Positions 50,871-60,290 of a stretch of DNA of 64,000 bases are shown piece by piece. The notes under the pieces were generated by a model. That model did not search any database, was not told the DNA's origin, and saw nothing but the letters and a program-made list of their open reading frames with translations. Made by a program: the position numbers and the translations under genes. Source of the DNA: Sedimentisphaerales bacterium (lineage in GTDB: Bacteria > Planctomycetota > Phycisphaerae > Sedimentisphaerales > SM23-30); contig CAXXFK010000042.1 of assembly GCA_963663965.2 (NCBI GenBank), positions 1 to 64,000 of the forward strand. The letters run 5' to 3'. Position 1 is the stretch's first letter, and the number at the start of each line of letters is the position of its first letter.

Positions 50871-51247
50871 CCTTCGGGCCTTTTACGTTTGGGTTGCCGG
50901 GTTGTGTTGTTTTTGCTGGCTTCCATTTCATTCGTACCTTATTAACAGTCAAAATAAATTGGCTGGTTGGGCCCGGTTCGTACGCTATCGCACCAAGCCA
51001 CTAAGATAAACAGCCATTTAGACAGGATAATCCCGATCCCGAGGGCTCGGGGTTTCGCTTTGCTCAATATCCGGGACTTTCAGCCGATCAACAGGATCAA
51101 AAGTTCGGGATCATTAAAATATCTTGTAAGATGTAGTCATTACTTTGCTTATAAAACATAAGAACAAAAAGCTTGCTAAGAAAACAAAGAAATGATGGAT
51201 TGTAGTACGAAAAGATATTACTTGTGATTTGGTAAAAAAGGTTCATT

Positions 51248-51613
51248 GTGGCAATAGAGATTCATTTTGTGGATGAGGCAAGTTACCTGGTTGCTGAGAT
51301 CAGCGGTCAATGGGAGCAAGTCGACGTGGAACAAGCGATTACGACCCTGCGCGATGAGGCCGAGCGGCGTGGTTATCGCCGGATATTACTTGATTTGAGT
51401 GAGTTTTTGCCGCCCAAGGATATGATGACTCGTTTCTATTCGGGTGAGTTTCTGGCCAGTCAACTTGGTTCTCCTTTCAGAATGGCAACACTCTGGAAAC
51501 CGGAGTATTACAACCGGTTCGCTGAAACAGTGGCCGTGAACCGCGGGGCCCATATTCTGACCTTTTTTGAAAGGGATAAGGCTTTGGAATGGCTGCTGGA
51601 AGATTCCCAATAG
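51248..51613 (+). CDS. STAS/SpoIIAA-like small protein
   Basis: RILLDL, FAETVAVNRG...F...KALEWL. Confidence 0.7.
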   Translation: MAIEIHFVDEASYLVAEISGQWEQVDVEQAITTLRDEAERRGYRRILLDLSEFLPPKDMMTRFYSGEFLASQLGSPFRMATLWKPEYYNRFAETVAVNRGAHILTFFERDKALEWLLEDSQ

Positions 51614-51617
51614 GGTA

Positions 51618-51657
51618 ATGCCCGTTATGCCCATGGTGTCTCATGGGAACGGGCATG
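51618..51657. terminator. Hairpin between convergent genes (possible bidirectional terminator)
   Basis: ATGCCCGTT..CCCATG-N6-CATGGG-AACGGGCAT. Confidence 0.45.
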
Positions 51658-51693
51658 CTGTCAGGGAAAAGTAATCTGAAAAGAGAATCGGAC

Positions 51694-53253
51694 TCAGGGC
51701 ATTGTTTTGAGCCAGTTGGCTGACAGGAGCGCCAGGTCGTTCATATCGACGATGCCGTTGCCATCGATATCACCGGGCAGGCCGACATGAATCGATACGG
51801 TGGTTTCGGTGCGGTTGCGGTTATGGCCGTCGCAATCGAGAATGGACTGATCGGTGACGACCAGCCGAAGGGTGTAGGCGCAAGGCTGCAGGCCGGTGGT
51901 ATCCCATTGAGCCAGGTAACCATTGTAGACCGGGGCGCTACTGGAAGCGATGTCCACCCAGCCGGGATAATCCCCGCCGGTGAATTGCAGGACCCAGCTG
52001 TCCAGGTTGGCGTCCAAGGCTGTCCCGATGATATCGACTAGTCCCTGAACATAATCGCATTCGGTGGGATTGAGAATCCAGGCAAGCGGGGAGGTGTTGT
52101 CAACGGTAATCACTTGAATGATATTGTCGGTATTATTGCACTGGTCGATCGCCTGCACCCAGATCTGATAGTCGCCATCGGGGATCGCGTAACCGATGGT
52201 ATTCCAATAAGCAAAGGGATCATTGACGCGTGACGAGGTGTAAGTCGGATAGGATGGATTCACCGGTTGCCACCAACCGGCGCCGATGGGCTGGTAATCG
52301 ACGGTATAATGATCGAAGCAGTGGTTATCCCAGACGGTGCCATCGAAGCAGATGGTCCGGCCGTAGATGCCGCCATCGACGGGAGTGTTGAGTATGAGCG
52401 AGGACCAGGAATGGTCGACCCAGACCGTGGTGATATCGGAAGCGGTCATGCTGCAGGGATTTTCGGCGGTGAGGCGGATATTATAGTAGCCTTGGGGCAG
52501 GGATGAGGTATCCAATGAGCCAAGATAGCAGTCGCAACCCACCGGGTAAATACTGGTTCGAAAGGTCGTCCAGGCGGCAGCGCCAACGGGTTGATATTCA
52601 AGGATATAACGCTGGAACGGGCCATCGGGATCCCAGGCGTAGCCATAGACAGCAATGGGGTCGCAGCCGCAGGCCTCAAACCCCGGAGAGGTGATGTCGG
52701 CTACGGGCGGGGTGGTGTCAATGTCGAAATGGAGGTCGTCGATGGTTTCGGCGGCGCCTGAACCGCCGTCGATTTCGAGTCTGACGATGCTGGCAGAGGG
52801 ATAGGTGACATTGACGAAGCGATGAACACCGTGCAGTTTGGTGCAATCGGAGATAGTAACGATTTGATTTACAATGAGGTTAGAGCGGGAGTCGTATCCT
52901 CGGATGGCATAGGTGCCGCAATAATAACCCAGGGTGAACGATATGTTATTCTGCTTTTTATCAAAGTCGATCCGAAGATATTCGGGTGAGAATTCGCATC
53001 CGGCCTTGGGTCGGGTGGTCAGGGCCTGGGATGGAGACGAAGTTCCGCCACGGTTAGTCATATCGATGAGATAAGTCTCGCCGGTACAATTGCCACCCGG
53101 GGCGGAAAAGGTGACGCCATAATACTGGCCGACCACAACGGTGCCGACGGGAAGTTCTTCGAAGGTGTAATTGGGGCATACGCCTGAAGTTATGGTTGTG
53201 AAAAGCAAGACTGAACCAATGGTTAAAAAGACATTAAGCTTACACCGTTTCAT
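51694..53253 (-). CDS. Secreted Cys-rich protein with three Ig-like repeats and a C-terminal dockerin-like motif
   Basis: Signal peptide; repeated D.T.P.A.I..P...G.A.D...W...W.T.....G.Y...L; GDIDGNGIVDMNDLALLSANWL. Confidence 0.75.
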   Translation of the reverse strand: MKRCKLNVFLTIGSVLLFTTITSGVCPNYTFEELPVGTVVVGQYYGVTFSAPGGNCTGETYLIDMTNRGGTSSPSQALTTRPKAGCEFSPEYLRIDFDKKQNNISFTLGYYCGTYAIRGYDSRSNLIVNQIVTISDCTKLHGVHRFVNVTYPSASIVRLEIDGGSGAAETIDDLHFDIDTTPPVADITSPGFEACGCDPIAVYGYAWDPDGPFQRYILEYQPVGAAAWTTFRTSIYPVGCDCYLGSLDTSSLPQGYYNIRLTAENPCSMTASDITTVWVDHSWSSLILNTPVDGGIYGRTICFDGTVWDNHCFDHYTVDYQPIGAGWWQPVNPSYPTYTSSRVNDPFAYWNTIGYAIPDGDYQIWVQAIDQCNNTDNIIQVITVDNTSPLAWILNPTECDYVQGLVDIIGTALDANLDSWVLQFTGGDYPGWVDIASSSAPVYNGYLAQWDTTGLQPCAYTLRLVVTDQSILDCDGHNRNRTETTVSIHVGLPGDIDGNGIVDMNDLALLSANWLKTMP

Positions 53254-53462
53254 GAAAGCCCCCTTTCATAAAGGCCACTCTTGCTGGGGAGTGCGCAGGG
53301 ATTAAAACACCGAATTGTGGAAGAATATCCTCACCGTGTCCTGTTATTTATAAAGGACACGGTTAAAGGATTTCACCAGTTACAGACACTAGAAATTTAT
53401 AGACCGCGTTTGCAGACTATTTCCAATCAATTTAAAAAAAACGATTTAAATTTTTTGGGTTA

Positions 53463-53644
53463 GGAACCGCGTATAAATAAATAACACCCTTATTTTTCAT
53501 CCCATTTTGCCGCCATCTTCAGCCGCTTCTCCATCGCGAAATCCTCGACATAGAATCGCACTGCCTGCGGTTTCGCTCAATCGGCGCGACTGAATCTGAC
53601 AACCATCTGTGCGATACATGTAGCATTTATTTATGCGCGGTTCC
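53463..53644. mobile_element. 182-bp MITE, copy 1
   Basis: IRs GGAACCGCGTATAAATAAAT / ATTTATTTATGCGCGGTTCC; TTA on both flanks. Confidence 0.85.
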
Positions 53645-53650
53645 TTACTT

Positions 53651-55363
53651 TTAATTTGCTTTCAGTTGGGGGGTATTTTTGTCGATCAGGATGGGCATTT
53701 CGCGCCAGTTGTGATCTTTGAGATAACCGATCTGTTCGACGCGCGGGCGGCGTTCGCGCAGGCGGACCGAGTTGACGTGGATCAGGTCGTTGTCGGATAA
53801 ATGGTTACGGCCGACACACTCCAGCCGGAAGGTGTATTTGCCCGGTTCGGGCCAGAAGTCCATCAGCTGGAAGTCGTCGACCTCGTTTTCGTCGCTGTAC
53901 AGGTCGATGGGATTGCCGATTTTGACGCCTTCGAGCGAGGCCTGGTAGATCCCGCTGTGGGGGGAGCGGCCCAGCACGACGACCAGCCGGTAAGGCTGCT
54001 TTCGCTGGACTTCGAAGGTCAGTTCGATCCAGGCATTGTCCCGGGAGATGGGTGTGAATTCGAGCAGAGGATCGGTGTCGAAATAGGTGTGCGTGTTGCG
54101 CATCCGGGTGCGTCCCTGGCCGTGATACTGGTCGGCCTGAAAGTCGCTGCCCCAGGCGCAAATTGGGTCGATCGAGGGCAGCTTGCGCTGTTCGGCCGTG
54201 GTGGTCTGGGTATAACGTTTAGAGGGGCCCAGTTGGTACCAGTAGGCGACGCTGCTGACATCATCCTGGCGCTGGCCGTACAGGCGTGAGAGGTTTTCCG
54301 GATTTTCGTCCCGGTTGGCGAATCCCATGGTTTCGATGGCCACTTTCAGGCTGGTATTAAACACGATGGGATCGGCGATATGCCAGCGGTAACAGGATGA
54401 CATCTGGCCGACATCGCGGTTTGGGTGGCTGAGGTAGGCGGTGCCAAAATAGGGGGTCAGGCAGGGTTTCTGGCCCCAGGCAGAAAGAAAATAGTCTTCG
54501 GTGCCTGTGCCCCAAACTGAAGGCGTTTCTTCAGAGTCGATGGTCATACGGATATCTCCTTCCCCGAACCAGTCCGGGCTGCGAGTCCGTACCGATAGCA
54601 GGGTGCCAACGTAGTAGCCCGTGCCTTCGGCGTCGAGGATGAGATATTCGTTGTCGGGCTGGTCGGGATTGCCCAGGACGGGATATTCCTGTCGGTATCG
54701 GGCGCAAAAATACATGGTATTGGCCGGGAGAGAATTTTTTTTGATCCAGTCAACCGAATGAAACAGGGCCCGCAGATTTTTGTCACTTTGATTGATGACC
54801 TCGATCCGCGCGGATTTGCGGAAGGGCATACGCCACCAACAATTATAGGAGTCGCCATCTTCGGTTACCACCGGCAGGCTCAGTACGGTGGTGCGTTTAC
54901 CGAAACCGGCGGCGAAAAAATCGCTCATGGGCACTTCGACGTCGGGATCGGGCCGGTCATCCCAATACATGCGGATGAGGATTTCCTGGGGATTGGCCCG
55001 TCCGCCCGGTTCGGCGCCGAACTGAAGCGACTGGAAATGATAGAGGGTCATCCAGATATGGGTGATCACACCCGGCCCGGTCAGGTCGGCGATGACGACG
55101 GTCTGGCCCGGCTCGACGACGTGATTGCAATCGACGTTGGCAGTGGGATCGGGCAGGTTGTCCAGGCCAAGGCGGACCGAACTGGCGGACATGCTGCGAC
55201 CATCTTCCCAGCGGGTGATATCATCCAGCAGGCCCTGGGCCTGGGTGGTTTGGGCAAGAAGAACGGCATGGATTGCCAGAATGGCAATGGTCAAGCCCAG
55301 GGATGGGTGTTGGGCCGGCAAGGTCAGTTTGCTTCGTGGTTGAATAGCTGTTATTTTTATCAT
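53651..55363 (-). CDS. GH172 (DUF2961) glycoside hydrolase with an extra C-terminal beta-sandwich
   Basis: GPGVITHIW, IRMYWD, YNCWWRMPF, WFGEGD, GTGTEDYF, YRWHIADP..F, DVSSVAYWYQ. Confidence 0.88.
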   Translation of the reverse strand: MIKITAIQPRSKLTLPAQHPSLGLTIAILAIHAVLLAQTTQAQGLLDDITRWEDGRSMSASSVRLGLDNLPDPTANVDCNHVVEPGQTVVIADLTGPGVITHIWMTLYHFQSLQFGAEPGGRANPQEILIRMYWDDRPDPDVEVPMSDFFAAGFGKRTTVLSLPVVTEDGDSYNCWWRMPFRKSARIEVINQSDKNLRALFHSVDWIKKNSLPANTMYFCARYRQEYPVLGNPDQPDNEYLILDAEGTGYYVGTLLSVRTRSPDWFGEGDIRMTIDSEETPSVWGTGTEDYFLSAWGQKPCLTPYFGTAYLSHPNRDVGQMSSCYRWHIADPIVFNTSLKVAIETMGFANRDENPENLSRLYGQRQDDVSSVAYWYQLGPSKRYTQTTTAEQRKLPSIDPICAWGSDFQADQYHGQGRTRMRNTHTYFDTDPLLEFTPISRDNAWIELTFEVQRKQPYRLVVVLGRSPHSGIYQASLEGVKIGNPIDLYSDENEVDDFQLMDFWPEPGKYTFRLECVGRNHLSDNDLIHVNSVRLRERRPRVEQIGYLKDHNWREMPILIDKNTPQLKAN

Positions 55364-55420
55364 ATGCGTTTTATCTCCATTTCTGACGGATTGTCAACTT
55401 GTTTAAGATAGCCGGACTTT

Positions 55421-57700
55421 TCAGACAGGGGGCCGGCCGGATTCTATGCCGATTTTGTTGAAGGATTGGAAGAGAAAGACCATGGCTGCCAATGCGATGA
55501 CGGCTAAAACCAATCCCCAGATCATGTTTCCATAGACAAAATTGCCCACGGAGAAAAGTGAGGCGTAAATGGCCACGCATCCGAGGAAGACGCACAGGAT
55601 CTGCATGGGGAGTTTCCAATCGCCGATAGCGTTGGTCCGGTCGATTTCTTCGCCGTCGGAGCGGGCGGCTTGAACGACTTTTTTCCAGCCCGGGCCACCC
55701 GGGTGACAGAGTTTATAGAAGCGACGCAGCGTCTGGGTATCGGCCGGGGGGGTTACCAGGGTGGTGATTATCCAGACGATCGTGACGATGAGGACGGCGA
55801 CGAGCAGTTGAACGGAGAATTTGAGTTCGTTGAGGCTGGGGTGATAGATATAGATTTTACCGTTATGGATCAGACCGCCAAATGCAAGTGCCATTTCATC
55901 ACACGTCAACGGCTGATCAATGCCGCTGTCCGTCCGTTGTCGATTCTGTTTATCACATTCCTGTTGTTTTTGCCGATCATAAAACTGCTGCAGGTCCTGC
56001 TGCCAGGGTTTGTCATCCAAGACTTTTAATCTGTTGGGTATGGACACTGCTGATTGAATTATTTTGACTTGATCATGTTTGGCATCGTAAGCGGCCCGGG
56101 CCGTGTCACGAGCTTCGATGCTTTGTTTGCGGGCCTGCCGCCAGTCGGTGGCCAGGCTTTCGAGCTCTGTTTCGGCGTTCTTGAGGGATTCCTGAAGTAT
56201 CAATTGAGAACCGGTGACGGCTTCGACAGTATCGGCATCATCGATCACGAATACTTTGTCCTGGACGGAAGGGTTATTGATATACCATTTGAGTGTGCCC
56301 TCGTTGCCGACCCCCATAACAATCCAGAAAGCCACGATGGTCGCGGTGAGCATGGCGACAATTTCGGTCCAGGCATTAATCCGCCACCAGAACCAGCGCA
56401 TCAGGTAGATGGCGCCGGTGCCGGCGCCAGAGAGGAGCAGGATTTCGAAAGCCTGATTGGCATCTTCCAGAAAGGTCAGGGAAAAGACCCCGGTGATCAG
56501 CATCAGCACCACGGTACAGAGGCGTCCTGCCGTGACCATTTCCTTTTCGCCGGCTGAGGGCCGGACAAAGCGTTTGTACCAGTCGTTGACGACGTAGGAG
56601 GAACCCCAGTTCAGGTGGGTGCCGATGGTGGACATGTAGGCGGCGATCAATGAAGCCACGACCAGCCCGAGCAGTCCCGGCCCCAGTTTGGAAATCATGA
56701 CCGCGTAGGCGATGTCATCCTGTAAATAGGTTGGGTCGATGCCGGGGAATTCGGATTTGATTTTGCTCAGTTCGGGGTAGCAGATGAGAGAGGCGAGGGC
56801 CACGATGATCCAGGGCCAGGGTCGCATGGCATAGTGCATGAAGTTGAAGAACAGGGTGGCGCCGATGGCATTTTTTTCATCTCTGGCCGAGAGCATGCGC
56901 TGGGCGATATAGCCGCCGCCGCCCGGCTCGGCGCCGGGGTACCAGACACTCCACCATTGCACGGCCACCGGGATCAGCAAGAGCGGCACCCAGGCCAGCC
57001 AGGTGGAGAAATCCGGCATCCAGCTTAACTTGCCCACGAGTGCCGGATTGGAGAGCAGGCCGCTGAGCCCACCGACTTCGGGCTGCCGGCAGGCGATAAT
57101 GGCGGCGTATACCGCCCCGAACATGGCGATACTATACTGAAAGAAGTCGGCCCAGATACAGCTTTTGATCCCGCCGGCGGTAGCATAAATCACCACTCCG
57201 ATCGATCCGCAGACTACCGCGACCCAGGGCTCGACGCCGAAAATAACCTGTCCAATTTTGATGGCGGCCAGCGTAACGGCGCCCATAATCAGGCAGTTAA
57301 AAAAGATACCCAGGTACAAAGACCGGAAGTAGCGAATAAAAGCCGCGCTCTTGCCGCTGTAACGCAGTTCGTAAAATTCCAGGTCGGTCATGACGTTGGA
57401 CCGGCGCCACAGCTGGGCGTAGATGAAGACGGTGACCATGCCGGTGATCAGAAAGGCCCACCAACCCCAGTTAGAGACTACGCCCCGGCAGCGGACCCAG
57501 GAGGTGACGAGGTTGGGTGAATCGCAGGAGAAGGTGCAGGCTACCATTGATACTCCCAGCAGCCACCAGGGCATGCTGCGGCCGCCCAGAAAGAACGACG
57601 CGGTATCACTGCCGGCCTTTCGCGACATGATCAGGCCGATCAAAATTACTGTCACCAGAAAAGCACCGATAATCAGCCAGTCAATCCAGATCAATGTCAT
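55421..57700 (-). CDS. Sodium:solute symporter (SSS) with a large soluble insertion
   Basis: FFLGGRSMPWW..G.SMVA.TF, GGGGYIAQRM, AAYMSTI.THLNWG, RWFWWRINAW. Confidence 0.92.
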   Translation of the reverse strand: MTLIWIDWLIIGAFLVTVILIGLIMSRKAGSDTASFFLGGRSMPWWLLGVSMVACTFSCDSPNLVTSWVRCRGVVSNWGWWAFLITGMVTVFIYAQLWRRSNVMTDLEFYELRYSGKSAAFIRYFRSLYLGIFFNCLIMGAVTLAAIKIGQVIFGVEPWVAVVCGSIGVVIYATAGGIKSCIWADFFQYSIAMFGAVYAAIIACRQPEVGGLSGLLSNPALVGKLSWMPDFSTWLAWVPLLLIPVAVQWWSVWYPGAEPGGGGYIAQRMLSARDEKNAIGATLFFNFMHYAMRPWPWIIVALASLICYPELSKIKSEFPGIDPTYLQDDIAYAVMISKLGPGLLGLVVASLIAAYMSTIGTHLNWGSSYVVNDWYKRFVRPSAGEKEMVTAGRLCTVVLMLITGVFSLTFLEDANQAFEILLLSGAGTGAIYLMRWFWWRINAWTEIVAMLTATIVAFWIVMGVGNEGTLKWYINNPSVQDKVFVIDDADTVEAVTGSQLILQESLKNAETELESLATDWRQARKQSIEARDTARAAYDAKHDQVKIIQSAVSIPNRLKVLDDKPWQQDLQQFYDRQKQQECDKQNRQRTDSGIDQPLTCDEMALAFGGLIHNGKIYIYHPSLNELKFSVQLLVAVLIVTIVWIITTLVTPPADTQTLRRFYKLCHPGGPGWKKVVQAARSDGEEIDRTNAIGDWKLPMQILCVFLGCVAIYASLFSVGNFVYGNMIWGLVLAVIALAAMVFLFQSFNKIGIESGRPPV

Positions 57701-57787
57701 GTCATCCCCTTGTTAAATATAAGCGAAAATAATCGGGTTAAAAAACTAAAAAAAATTCTGGAGTAATATTAGTAAGAAATCTTCTTA

Positions 57788-57965
57788 GGGACCGTAAATA
57801 AATAACACCTTCATTTCTCATCCCATCTTGCCGCCATCTTCAGCCGCTTCTCCATCGCGAAATCCTCGACATCGATTAGCACGGGCTGCGGTTTCGCTCA
57901 ATCGACGCGACAGAATCTGACGACAAGCTGTGCGATCAATGCAGCATTTATTTATATACGGACCC
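57788..57965. mobile_element. 178-bp MITE, copy 2 (same family and orientation as copy 1)
   Basis: IRs GGGACCGTA..ATAAAT / ATTTATTTATATACGGACCC; TTA flanks; interior closely similar to copy 1. Confidence 0.85.
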
Positions 57966-58040
57966 TTAGTGGCTACAGGCATCGCTAAAGTGATTTTTGA
58001 GTTTTTTCTAAACATATCTCTCTGCGCTGACAGCGCCGGA

Positions 58041-58928
58041 TTAGTCGGTAGCGCCGGACCGGCCCTGCAGTGGAACCTGTCGAGCGATACGGCGGTTCGA
58101 TATTCCTACAAATCGTCTTAAATTTTCACCATATATCTGATCGAGGGTCTCTTTTTTAATTTCGAAGTCCGCCAGTATCTGGCCGTCGATATCCAGCCAA
58201 TGTTTTACCCAGTCGATATTATAATTCCGGGTAAAGCTGTCGCTGCCGAACATGACGTTGTGGGCGACATCATAGCCGATCTGGAAGACCTTCGACAAGG
58301 CGTCGCGCCGGTACAATTCGGGGGTACCGGGTGAAATGTCAATAAACATTTCCGCGGTGGCTTCCTTTCGCTGACCACAGGCGTTCAGGAATTTTCCGTA
58401 TACCGCGATATGCTCATCACACCACGGCCAGGAGATATGGGCCAGCGCGAAACGAAGGTTGGGGATTTCGATGAAGGCTTCAAACGCGGCGGGCATGTTG
58501 TATTGGCTGCTGGCCTGGCCATCCCATAAAATTCCTGAATGGAAGAGAATGGGTTTGTTATGGGAAGCGATATAACGAAAAACATCCAATGCGATGGGAT
58601 TGGAGGGGTAAAAATAATTGCAAATGACTTTAAAACCACTGATCCTGGCCGCCAGGGCGTGATCGATCTGTTGGCGGGCATCGTTTTCAAGCGGATCGAT
58701 CCAGTAAAAGGGGAACAGCCCGGGATCCTCTTCACACCAGTTCAGCAGGTCGCGCAGTCTTTGCTCGTTGGAAAGCGAGAGCTCTGAGAGATGAAAACAC
58801 ACCGGAGGCTGGGAGATTACCAGACCGCCGCTGACGCCTGCCTGAGCGGCTTTTTTCAGAAACTGTTGTTTGGTATCACCGTTTAAATCGCCTGTGGGAG
58901 AAATGTGGATATGACCATCTAAAATCAT
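58041..58928 (-). CDS. Amidohydrolase (Amidohydro_2 TIM barrel)
   Basis: ILDGHIH, GFK, PILFHSG, LAH, MFGSD, GENL. Confidence 0.88.
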   Translation of the reverse strand: MILDGHIHISPTGDLNGDTKQQFLKKAAQAGVSGGLVISQPPVCFHLSELSLSNEQRLRDLLNWCEEDPGLFPFYWIDPLENDARQQIDHALAARISGFKVICNYFYPSNPIALDVFRYIASHNKPILFHSGILWDGQASSQYNMPAAFEAFIEIPNLRFALAHISWPWCDEHIAVYGKFLNACGQRKEATAEMFIDISPGTPELYRRDALSKVFQIGYDVAHNVMFGSDSFTRNYNIDWVKHWLDIDGQILADFEIKKETLDQIYGENLRRFVGISNRRIARQVPLQGRSGATD

Positions 58929-58942
58929 GTTTTATACTCCTT

Positions 58943-59491
58943 TCACCAATTGATTCCCTGGAGATGAATGGCGCCGGGAGGAAGTGACTTTTTCGTAAGT
59001 GGGTAGTACATGGCCATGTCATCATTTTTCCAGGCGGAAAAGCTTTCATCCGTTCCACCCGGACCGATTCTGATGATATCGGGGGCATTGACGGCTATCC
59101 AGCCGAGATTGGCGTAAATGTTTTGAATTTCGGCCTTGCAAAAGAGGAATCCGACATCGAATGCCTGGGCGGTTGCCTCTTCCATGGCCTTTGACAGGAG
59201 TATCCTGGATACTCCCCGGCCCCGGCCGGAAGGATGAACGCAAACATTGCCAATCCCCGCCACGCGATAGCTTTCGGTACCGATGAGGATTGGCCGGTTG
59301 ATAACGGCCAGATGGGCTAACAAGGTTGAGTCTTTGCGAATGATGACAGAATATTCAGGAACGGTTTGGTTCCAATACCGGGTTCTGGAAAAAACACCCC
59401 GGTCTTTGGGAAAGCAAAGACAAAGCAAATCTCTGATTTCATTGTCAAGATAATCTGTAATCTGGTTTTCGTGAATAATTTCTACCTGCAT
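58943..59491 (-). CDS. GNAT-family N-acetyltransferase
   Basis: GIGNVCVHPSGRGRGVS acetyl-CoA motif; Y..LGW. Confidence 0.88.
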   Translation of the reverse strand: MQVEIIHENQITDYLDNEIRDLLCLCFPKDRGVFSRTRYWNQTVPEYSVIIRKDSTLLAHLAVINRPILIGTESYRVAGIGNVCVHPSGRGRGVSRILLSKAMEEATAQAFDVGFLFCKAEIQNIYANLGWIAVNAPDIIRIGPGGTDESFSAWKNDDMAMYYPLTKKSLPPGAIHLQGINW

Positions 59492-60290
59492 GATTGACTC
59501 AATGTTCCCATTCGCAGTGGTTTTCGATTATTCATCTAATCCTGACTCGGCAATAGCGATTCCAATAGAGGATCACGCCGGCATTTGCCGCTCTGGAAAG
59601 AAAATTGACCATTCTATACAATGTTGACGCCAGCGTCAAAAGTCGATAATTTTGACAAAAAGCCGCGTTTTTCGTTTGTTATGGGCATTTTTTTTGCCAA
59701 TTTTATACTTTTGTCGCTGCCATCAATGTTATATTTGTAAGGGAATAATCTAACAAATCTAAATTGAACTATCAAGTCTCATCCGAACAGAATCGCATAT
59801 ATTTTATAAAAAAAGGGATAAACCAGCAATACCAGCACCCAAAAGGATTGCGATATGTTTTTCAAAAGGCCTGCGCAGGCGAATGGGTTTTATAACCTCA
59901 GCAATAACAGTTGATTAGAAAATTTCATGTTGTAATACGGGTTAATCGAGTCCATCTAGTGGTTTGATAATCCATCTCAGTAATGGTATGGTGACTTACA
60001 AGCGGGTAAGAGGTAAGCCAGACTGGTCGGACGTTGTTCCCGTCGTAATGCAGTGCGGTTAAACCTTTTTTTAAATAGCGGGTAAGATTATTGAAAAAAT
60101 GTTTGTTCGGTCTTGTGGGATATTATAAAGAAAAAACCACAATGCGGTAATTAAAGGGGATAAAAAAGGCTGGTATGGTGGTGATATGCGGTTAATATAG
60201 TAAGGTGTAGTGTCATATTGGAGTCCGGTTTCTGTCGTTGGGCTATGTGTCCGGCCGGATATTAATATTAGCTTGTTACGATGAGGTGTC

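Noticed and set aside
45322..50952. Short ORFs on both strands within the two array halves (e.g. 45322-45597, 49541-49765, 50437-50661)
   Set aside because: Frames are not conserved between units and the indels are not multiples of three; treated as shadow ORFs of non-coding repeats.
53801..57716. Long antisense ORFs (e.g. 54758-55411, 56054-56557)
   Set aside because: They lie opposite well-supported GC-rich genes; typical codon-bias shadows.
59500..60290. ncRNA or riboswitch in the 800-bp intergenic region
   Set aside because: No recognisable conserved motif by eye; an Rfam search would be needed.
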